A DNA stretch of 61,956 nucleotides, counting the filler, from Sphacelaria rigidula (lineage: Eukaryota): NCBI GenBank assembly GCA_964200075.2. It is 10 parts of 10 records of this genome, joined end to end, with 100 filler letters (N's around TTAATTAATTAA, not from the genome) between each part and the next. Parts side by side here need not be neighbours in the genome. Positions count along the whole stretch, not along the records: positions 49,647 to 55,751 come from CAXNAA020022196.1; positions 55,852 to 61,956 come from CAXNAA020022197.1; 8 more parts are not named here. One strand, written 5' to 3'. Made by a program: the position numbers and the translations under genes. The stretch's first letter is position 1. The number at the start of each line of letters is the position of its first letter. This document shows, one piece after another, positions 52,745-61,956 of this stretch. The notes beneath the pieces were generated by a model, which worked only from the letters and a program-made list of their open reading frames with translations, did no database searches and was not told where the DNA came from.

Positions 52745-55700
52745 CTCCTGTGTTGGCCTTTCTCCTGTGTGACCTCGGCTGATACGCCTACATGTACCGA
52801 AAGGTGTAGACTGGCGTCCAAACTAGACGGAATGCCAACACACACACACACACACACATGGCCACCGCAGCAGGGGCGAAGGGCAAGGAACACGTGCGCC
52901 ATCAGTGGCGCACGCAAAGCTGTCTCACTTCACTGCCGTTTGCGATTCTGTGGCGTCAGAAGATTTCTGATTTATGGCATTCCGTGTTTCTTGTAAGTCG
53001 AGTCACTAGGTGTCAATCATATGCATGCACGGACTAGAAATATTGCTTCGATGCGTTGGTATAATTCCAATTTTCAAATTGGTTGTTGTCTCAGGCCATC
53101 CCAGATTCGGCATTGGATTTCTGTGACGGGAAAACAAGCAGAACGTTTCGAGAACTTTTAAAAAACAAGCAGAACTTATCAAAAACTGCCCAAAACGTGA
53201 CCCCATTATATGGAGAACAGGGTAGTACACTAAACACAACACAATCCTGCAGTGTTGTGCTTTTTAAAACCTACTGTACATACAGATACCTCACAGCAGA
53301 CGGCAAACAAATTGTAGTACAATAATGGTGTATCATCCAATCCCGCAAGGGAGCTACCGTATACCGCTGATCATCCGATCCCGCACCAGGCGAGGCAGAG
53401 CAGCAATCAAGGAGATAACTCAAGGTGAAATAAATTTGCCCAGCGTTTGAAAATCGCCTCTCTGCCAAAATCGAGCCCATCCGAAATCAGGGGAAGAACT
53501 ATCGCATGTGACATGTCCTGTATCACTGTGCCGCAGCATGAACACACTCATGCGCTGTCTCTTGCGCTGTAGTTGTCGCTACGCTGTGGTGTCCCCAGGC
53601 CGTTTCGAGGATGGCTTCGTCTCCGCCGGGACTGACTACCTGAGTTGATTTACTTCTGTCATGGCGTTCGCTTCGAAAATTCTGCTGTCGGCACGCAGCG
53701 GTCTCTAGACACTCCAGTCAAACGAACAAGGCGCTTCTCAGACCCATCATTTCTTCGCTGTAGTCGTCGCTGTGCTGTTGTGCATCTACACACTCTACGA
53801 CGATCACAGTGTGATGTATGCTGCAGAGTGCGTGAACAATTGTAGTGCTGCATGCTATGTTCCGGCCTGCACAGAAGTGGGGTGAGATCAAAGTGCTGTA
53901 CACAGAGTTGAAACGCGCACATGACGACTGTGCAGCTGTCAATAAAAACGCGAAGATATTTCATTTCACCCTGAGTGATTACTATCTGTGGGAGGTGGGC
54001 CAAAAATACACGCGTCACCTAAGAACAACGACCTGGCTCATATGAAATGTACTATACAAACATGGTACATATCTTCAAGCCTGTGAGTGCTCTGTGTTGA
54101 GATTCTATTGTTCCTCCGGATAATTCCCTCCAAATCAGTGGGTGGAAACTCTTGGTGCACTAGTAGTGTTTAGCTGCTGTACTATTCGGGAAGCGAACGC
54201 CCCCGAGCTGGCACCCCACGTTTACCACCATTACGAAGATAACAAGACAAGAACACGAACAGCAGCACTTGTGGCCGCCACATACCAGCGTATCTGCAGT
54301 GAAAGGCGTACATGCCATCGTGCTAGAACGAGAAAGTACAGATATTTGAATAACAGGACCAGCAGCGTCGGGCATGCCTTGGGTTCTGTCTCGAAAACGT
54401 CTGTCACAAGACGGCCGTGTTTCATCGGTGAACTCGTCCTATACAAGTCAAGGCGTGAAGAGGCATTCGCTCATGATACGTGAGATTGTCCTTTGTACAC
54501 ATCCCCACAGAACAGGGCAACACATGGCGGATTCCACCAAAGCAAATGACGTGACATTGTTTCCAAAAAATAGCATTTGGTCGAAGATGCAAGTTTGTGT
54601 ACATCGCATGGTTTACATATCCTTTTTTGCATGTACAGGCAGTCAACTGAAACATCGTGGCTCTGCTGACTTGAAGACAGAAAACCACACAAACTGTACT
54701 GTACTCTGTACTGCTGTACAAGTAACAAGGGATTCTATAAAATGAGGTTGATCAATGAAATGAGGTTTGAGGAGGATCGCGTGTGTGCGCCAAAAACCGA
54801 GGGAAGTACCGTCCGCGCGTGCCCTCGATCATTCTCGTGGAGGGGAATCAAGTGTCGGTGGCTGAACTTACCGTCTTTCGACTGTTCCTGTTTGTCTGCG
54901 GCCGGCGGCGGCGTGGAATGCCCATGGGCTGTGGGAAAAACGGCGATCCAACAACAGTTTGTCCCATGTGAATCAGGTGGGTGACGATCTTCTCGCTGTT
55001 ACGTGCCTCGAGGCCAGTGTGAGAATGACAATCTCCGGCACTGGTTCGCTCTCCAGTGGCGTGTTGGAGGAAGGGTGGCCTGTTGCCGCGGTGACGTCTT
55101 GGGGGAATAACAAACCGTTGGTCACCAACATGTCGGGATAGGATGGATTTTCTCGTTTCGAGCGTGTCTGCACAAGGGAGACAATATTTATTAATCAAAC
55201 ACAGACAGTGCCGCGAACATCCGTCGAGCCCTTCTGCCCGGTTCGAGCATGTATGATGCACCATTGGCGAACACTGGGCAGCGACGGCAGAGACGATGCC
55301 GATGGCATCAGCACGCTCGTCACTCTTCGCCGCACATCGGCATTGTTCACTCCAATTCGACAATCTTTTCGTCTCGTCATCCAGCCCATTGGGACTTGTG
55401 CTACACGATAACACCTCCATACGCCTGAATCGTACGTTCACAATCGATCCTCAATCTGTATGCGAAACTATCCTTGTTATCCTTCAACTGCGATACTGCA
55501 ACCTGAGACGCCAACGTCATCGTTACCAGCTCCATCATCGACTTCATCGTCATCCTCTTCATCTTCGTTACCCTCGTCGGACGACTCGCATTGTCCCGTG
55601 CAACGTGTGCCCCTCAACCACCTACTCTCGAACCCCGGCCCACCTACGATCAGATCCCTGGGACTGACCACGATAGGCCTATTCCTTGGCTCAGGCACAG

Positions 55701-55751
55701 GATAATGGTTTGAGATATTTTATTGAAGAGCACCCAAGTTCTACTGTAACT

Positions 55752-55851
55752 NNNNNNNNNNNNNNNNNNNNNNNNNNNNNNNNNNNNNNNNNNNNTTAAT
55801 TAATTAANNNNNNNNNNNNNNNNNNNNNNNNNNNNNNNNNNNNNNNNNNNN
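55752..55851. other. Artificial contig linker
   Basis: N44-TTAATTAATTAA-N44. Confidence 0.99.
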
Positions 55852-55935
55852 AGGGCCAATTTTTTACACAGGTTTTCTCTCCTTGGGGGAAATTTTTTAT
55901 CAGAGGTTTTCTCTCTTCTTTTTTCTTCAAGAAAA

Positions 55936-56062
55936 GTGCGTCCGACGGGAATCGAACCAGCGACTAACTTTTGTGACGGATCAAGAGACAACCAACTAGT
56001 TTACTCACCAGTCAGCGCTGACTGGTCAGTGGCCTAGTTGGTTGTCTCTTGATCCGTCACAA
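55936..56062 (-). mobile_element. tRNA-derived SINE head or tRNA pseudogene with fold-back inversion
   Basis: B box GGTTCGATTCC on - (55948-55958). Perfect 29-bp IR 55971-55999 / 56034-56062. The complete A box TGGCCTAGTTGG is only on the + arm. 20-bp palindrome at 56007-56026. Confidence 0.7.
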
Positions 56063-58429
56063 TGCATAACAAAAACGTAATACACACTTTACTGGTATGT
56101 CTCCGCTGTATTGCTTTTTCTGCTGCAACGCTTATGAGCGGGATTGTGACAACTGGTTTGTACTCCACTTCAAAGCATATGGGCGCACTGCGCAATCAAA
56201 ATCTTCTGTACAAAGGTTGATAAACGAATTCAGTTCACCCTTGTACGGTACAATACTCGCGCTAGACTATTTTTCAAATAAACAAAGGTCCTGCATACAG
56301 ACCAATACAGTAATATAAACACAGTAACGAAACTTCGAATCAATTACCATGCTTACCAACGATGCGATAGGGTGTACATTACAGCCGATCAATTTCTCAT
56401 TGAATAATTTTCTCGGAAAATTCCTGGTAATGCGTACAGTCAACAAAAAAGGATATTCGTACCATGTTTCACTGCGCTACGTGAAGCATTCAATATTACA
56501 AACGGTGGGTGGTGGCGTATGTTGATGTCGCTTGGCCCGTACTCGATAGTAATGTCGTAGCTGTAGCAGCGTTGGTTGACCTCGTTCGGTCTGTTCTCGG
56601 CGGTGTTGTAGTATAGCTGCTCGCCTCATTCCGTGCTCTCGCTCGATCGTAGTTGCTGCTGTAGTATGTAGTGGTGGTGTCAAACATTCCGAACAGTGAA
56701 GTAAACCTGGTAGCACGAACAAGTGTTCCGTTTCAAATGAAACGCGGACAGTTCAAGTGACAAGATGGTGTAGTACGTTCTGTGCTTCGAGAAGAGCGAT
56801 GTTGCTGGTGATGCTCGAGTGCGCTGGAGATGTGTTCCTGAATACTGGCTTCTCGATAGTGGGTGTTTTCCTCGGGCTTGCTGGTGGAGTCACCTGGGGT
56901 GGCTGCTTCTTGGAAAAGCAGGTGGTGATTTTCGTTTGTTGTACTGATTGCCCTTGCTGCTGATGATATTCTGTACCGCGTCTCCTGCGCTCGATTTTCC
57001 TGGGGTGTTTAATCGCCCCGCTTTTCATGTAGGCAGGTTAGGTAGCTAGCCCCTGCTGCGGTACTGAAGCACCTCTTTCTTGATGTCAAGCACTTCTCTG
57101 ATGTACCCTTTCTCCTCTTGTGTCTTTGTAACTTCGATGTCGGAGCTACCCGGGTGCGATATCTTGGGCTGCTGCTGCTGTTGCTGCTGCTGCTGTTGTT
57201 GGTGGTTCGGCTGCTGCTCATGCTGGTGATGGCGACGATGGAGCTGCGACTGCTGCTCATGCCGATGCTAGCGACGATGGGGTTGCTGTTGATGCTGATG
57301 TCGGCTACGGTGGGGGTGATGATGATCGCGGTTCTTCTGTCGTGAAGTTGTCAGACGTTTTGTAGTAGAAAATGGAAAACGTTCGTTCCGGTACCCCTGT
57401 CGTGATTAATTACTACGATATGTGGGTCACGGCCAACTTGTCTGTATCGATGATATATTTACTTTGAGAGTTTAAACCCATTTCTAGGCTGGACCAGCCT
57501 GTAGCTGTTTCCTTTTGTTTCACGTAAAAATAGGTTACCATTTATTGTCTTTATTTTTTGTCTGACATGAGTTTTAGTTCCCGTGCCTGCTGCTTTCTGC
57601 GGGTGTAGAGTTGACCCGCTTGTTCTTTTCATGGGATTGTTACAGATTTATTGGTCATTGTCCAGTCGATTAGGTTCCCATGTGTCATACTTTGTCATGC
57701 TTGGTACCTGATGGGTCATACTCCATTATGGTTCGGTCGAGCCGGCTGCCCTCACGTGTCACAGCGTTTTGGACTATGCGTCTCAACTAGCAAAGCACAA
57801 GTTAGCCTGTACGTCAATAATACAAGAGCATTTACGCCATCACGGTCTGCTATCTCAGAGGAGTCTTTGGTCTTCACGCAATGTAAGCCCGCATTGCACG
57901 CAACATATGTTGTGCTGCCTCCGGCGATCACGGCATGTCACCTGACCACCGGTGCGGTAGCTGACTTTACACTTGGTAACGTCGAGCTCAATGGCTTCGA
58001 TACTAATGATTGTGTTTGGGCCCGCTAGACCCCGGTGCCCACTGAACTGGCACCTTCCCACATATATGGTGAGTATCGAACCATGACAGGATTCCACATT
58101 TCGTTTATCATCCGTACCGATGCATGCAGCTGTAGACTTGACCCATGAAGATCTAGATCTACCGTAGTTTCGACTCTTGCTCATTTTCCCGGCTGAACGG
58201 CACACAGTTTTAACGTTTCTGCCGACTGCTGTCGGAGGCGGTTCTGCGATGTTGGCGGTTCCCGTGGGTTCGATATTCGGCGGAGACAGTGCGGCTGATA
58301 ATGCTGTGCCCATATCCATACATTCTCCAGATAGTACCTTAGTCGTGAGTGCTGGCTCGATCGTTTTGTTCAAGGTTTTCGAATTTTGAGCAACCTGCAT
58401 GCTCATGCAGTGTAACGCTTCACCGCAGT

Positions 58430-58994
58430 TGCCAATCGGGATTTTCAAATCTCCGAGGTCTACGTAGGAATCACCCGAAAAGACGGTTGACGCCCCTTTT
58501 GTTACTGCCTCTACGGCAGAGAACAAGTGTCTCCCCAGACCTGGAACAATTACGGCAGGAGAATAGAGCGCTGGATTCCTTCAGAATCAGTAACGAGGGT
58601 AGTAATAACACCTCTTCCCGTACCTTGTAGGAGATGACGTACAGGAGTAAGAATGCTCATTGGTGGATCGAGCTTCACGTAATCAACCATCTCACGTTCG
58701 ACATTCGGCAGCAGCTGATTATCCAAAAAATGCTCGCTGGGGCCACTGTCAACTGCTATCTCAAAGGAAATTTCGTCGAGTGTACAATGGTTGGCAGTGA
58801 CATGCGAACCTGAAGGGAAGGAAAATCCGTCGCGGGTGCAGCTGAAGATCTTAAAATTTGTTGGTGAGGGTTGTTCGATGGCACGGTCGGGGAAGCTGGA
58901 TTGACGATGGTGGTGTTAGCTTGGCGTTGATGCCCGTCGAAGTTGTTGCTGCTGTTGTTGATGTCCGTCGAAGATGTGGTTGTGGTTATTGTGG

Positions 58995-59038
<44 letters not shown>

Positions 59039-60220
59039 GCCGTCGTCGTCGTCGCGGTTGTTGTTGTTATTGCGTTCGCTATAACGTTCTGAATCGTCAT
59101 GTTGATCAGTGCAATGGAGAGCGCACCATTTTCCAGGCATGTTTCCATTACTGGACTGCCGTCTGGAGTGACAGTCGCGCATACGATGGCCTGGTCTTCC
59201 ACAGGAGTGGCATTTCGCACGAAATGTCGCGGGTTGATTCAAGGAGTTCGACATTGCTGCCGCCAGTGTTGATGAATCACGGCCATGTGATCTGCTCGCA
59301 GTTGCTTTCCTCGCCAGTCTATTGGCATACATGTTGCGTAGGGTACTTTTGATTTCCCCGATGCTGAACTCTGGATCTCGTTCTGCGTTTGATTTTATTC
59401 GGCCGTATTCGCTGATTAGACCGTCGACTATAATACCAGTAAGTCGTTCGTCGGAGATAGGCTCGCCAACATGCACGAGCTCGTCTCCGGGCTGGAATAG
59501 TTTTGCTAGAAAAACGTCCGGGTCTTGTCCTGGTGACATGGTCATGGTGTCCAGCTGTTGCATCAATAAGCGGCGCCTTTGCTTCGATGGATTTTGGTAC
59601 TTGGCTACCAAACCTTTCCACGCACTCTTGCCGTTTGGTTTCTCTGAACCCTTCGGCTGAAAACGCAGGAGATAACTTGCCGCTGAGCCAGCTGTCGATA
59701 AGTAGAAAACGTTGAACAACTGTTCGTCACACCGGTCCCAGGTTTGTATCTCACGCGTGTTCAAAATCTGTCTCACATGTAAGTCCACGCTGGCATGATC
59801 AGATACTTCTCGAACAGGAGGTTGAGCTTGATCACCAGTAACTTCAGTATCACCCACCGCTGCTGTCGTCTCGCCCCTCGCAGTTGCCCCCACCGATGGT
59901 GACGGCGAACGAGCGAGCGGCTGCTGATGGCTTCTGGAACGGGTCGCAATGGGGCTTGTTCTTGATGTCGATCTGACAGCTGATTGTGGATGATCTACCT
60001 CAGAAAAATCTTCATCATAAATTTCCGGGGGGTGTTTGACCCCGTTGAGGATATCAAGATCCCCGGATGAATTGAGCAAATTTTCGCGCGCGTAGAGCGC
60101 GTCCACTCGACGACTTTCGTACCGTCGAACTTGTTGATACTCCTGATGAGTTGAGTTACAGATGGCTCTCCCGATGTATTGATCTGCCTCAAGTTTTATA
60201 TGTAAAATTTCTATTCTCAC
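58430..60220 (-). mobile_element. gag: Decayed Copia/Ty1 gag and aspartic protease
   Basis: KFDG..VEW N-terminus; UBN2-type gag (AWKGLVAKY...ISDERLTGIIVDGL); knuckle CHSCGRPGHRMRDC (59171-59212); protease AVDSGPSEHF (DSG at 58742-58750) ... VPGLGRHLFS. Frameshifts; poly-Asn microsatellite at ~58990-59070. Confidence 0.9.
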
Positions 60221-60371
60221 ACCTGTAGATCCTCAGAAGAGATCTAATTTGTTGGTCTTGTGATTGTCGCTGCTGAGACGACCTTGAAGGGACGTCCCGT
60301 CGCTCATGCTGACCGTCGTAGTCTCGAATCTAAAGCTGATGACCTGAAGGACTACGTGGTCGCGAATCGAA

Positions 60372-60382
60372 GGCTCAAAACC
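60372..60382 (-). promoter_or_regulatory. Putative Copia primer-binding site (half-tRNA-Met type)
   Basis: Minus strand reads CCAACA|GGTTTTGAGCC, resembling the GGTTATGGGCCC PBS directly after the LTR's terminal CA. Confidence 0.55.
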
Positions 60383-60846
60383 TGTTGGAAATACTTTGTG
60401 ACTCGTGGGGTTTGGTACTGTTCTCAAAACAGACCGACTACCGTCCCGAAGACAGTAGTATAGCAGAGGTTGCACGATGGTAGTCAAACCACTCGCTTCT
60501 GCAGCAGACAGAAAGTCTAAAGACAAGAATGGTGTTTGGGGCTCTTCACCTCTGCCGAACAAAATCAAGCAGCCTCTTTCGCAAGCAGAGTGCTGAGGAA
60601 ATGAAGAAGAGCTGGGTAAGCTTGGTACGCTTGGGAGAGTGATTGCAAGGGCGATAGGGACCACCGATTACAAGCATACTCAATCCTGGAAGAAGAATCA
60701 AACACTCTACACGTATGTAGGGTCTAATTGTATCATTCAATCCAACCAAAGCAGAAGGTAGCTGGGCGTACAGCAGATGATCAAACCCTGAAGATATGTT
60801 TGATTAGTTCCTACTGCTGACTTCCGAAGCGCCGGGTTAAACAACA
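60383..60846 (-). repeat. Putative 5' LTR (464 bp) of the Copia element
   Basis: TGTTG...CAACA termini next to the PBS. No second LTR is present to confirm the outer boundary. Confidence 0.5.
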
Positions 60847-61956
60847 GAGGGATTCCGGAAGGTGGGCTACCGTCGCCGAGTCATCCTATCGAGAACTGCA
60901 TGCCGACTGAATGATTCATCTAGCAAAATCCAACGCGTCACAAGGTACCCCAAGCTTCATAGCGCACGTTTCGACCTTCATCCTTTAGCAGCTCCCATTG
61001 GTCGTTATTCAATGACATTTGACTGTCGTATCCCTCCACAACCACGTCATCGAACACGCTGCAGCGACCACATAGCACGTGCCTTCGAAACGCAACATCA
61101 CATTTCGTAAAACCAGATGCTTTCGTCTTCCGGTATCACGTCCACATGCTCACCTTAAATCCTACTTTTCTTACTCATCAGTCATGTCTTATCTGAAATT
61201 GAGAATAACGGGACAGTGGTTTACAACAAAGCATGGAGAATCGCCGAGGCATGCTGAATAAGAAACGTGGGCCTTCCTTTTATGGGAGACAGAGCTACGG
61301 GCGTTGTCGTGGAAAAATAATCTTTACTGTACTAAAACGTCCTTCATCGATAAAAACAATTAACCTGTCCCATTATGTTTGATTCATTACGCCCTAGTGA
61401 GTTCCGACACAAACATTTCGAAGCACAAATACCGAAACCCGGGCTAGTAAGTGACCTGAAAAATACTGTTCCGATATCCGATTGGGCCGGTTTCTCAATC
61501 GCCCGCTCTCACCTTAACTTTGGGTGTTGACCTTTCAGATTTGGTACGGGGGATGAATAAGGCATAATAAAAAGATGTGGGCAATTTTTCATCTTTCTCA
61601 TGATTCAACGGGATTTTACTGAAAGCGTTTTCTAGCAATATGCCGTCAACTCATGACAAAAAAACACTTTTCGTCTCGCACTTTTTCATCATGTCCTATT
61701 CACTCTCCGTGCAAGCATCAACTTTGAAAGTTCAACTCTCAAAATTGAGGTGAGACGGGGTCTGTAATCTATAAATTCGCACCCAGGCTGAACCAGCTTG
61801 TAAGACAGTGGGTGTTTTATCAACGGCACCATTTCACACCTTAATCCCTAGACGACGAGCGTCGCCTCGGAGCAGTTGTACAGGCTCACAGTTCCGAGAC
61901 ATTCGGGGGTTTCCAGAGCTCTGGGGGGGGTGATTTTTGAGGGGGGGGGGGGGGGG

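Noticed and set aside
58858..59352. Poly-Cys protein on + and poly-Thr ORF on -
   Set aside because: These are alternative-frame readings of the (GTT)n microsatellite inside Copia gag.

Overview
This window is not one locus. It is ten unrelated contigs of 6106 or 6105 bp, sorted by length and joined by an artificial 100-nt linker (N44-TTAATTAATTAA-N44): 1-6106, 6207-12312, 12413-18518, 18619-24724, 24825-30930, 31031-37136, 37237-43341, 43442-49546, 49647-55751 and 55852-61956. The DNA is eukaryotic and repeat-rich, probably a brown alga or other photosynthetic stramenopile (GT-AG introns, a bipartite signal + 'AAA-F' plastid-targeting leader, TTAGGG repeats). Host gene pieces: two in-phase exons of a MEE44-like nucleotidyltransferase-family gene, the first exon of a plastid-targeted protein, and two in-phase exons of an EF-hand protein. 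Most other recognisable sequence is decayed mobile DNA: a long LTR-retrotransposon gag, a Gypsy integrase C-terminus with a chromodomain plus an extra Tudor-like tail, a two-ORF Penelope-like element, a Copia LTR-PBS-gag-protease, an Academ-like PIN/XPG nuclease with a Cys cluster, mariner, Helitron and MULE scraps, tRNA-derived SINEs, and several MITEs with clear TIRs and TSDs. The best leads are the Academ-like nuclease with XRN-style motifs, the chromo+Tudor integrase, the Penelope-like element and an orphan gene cluster in contig 1. All family calls come from motif recognition by eye; no searches were run. I cannot show a complete novel system from this window.
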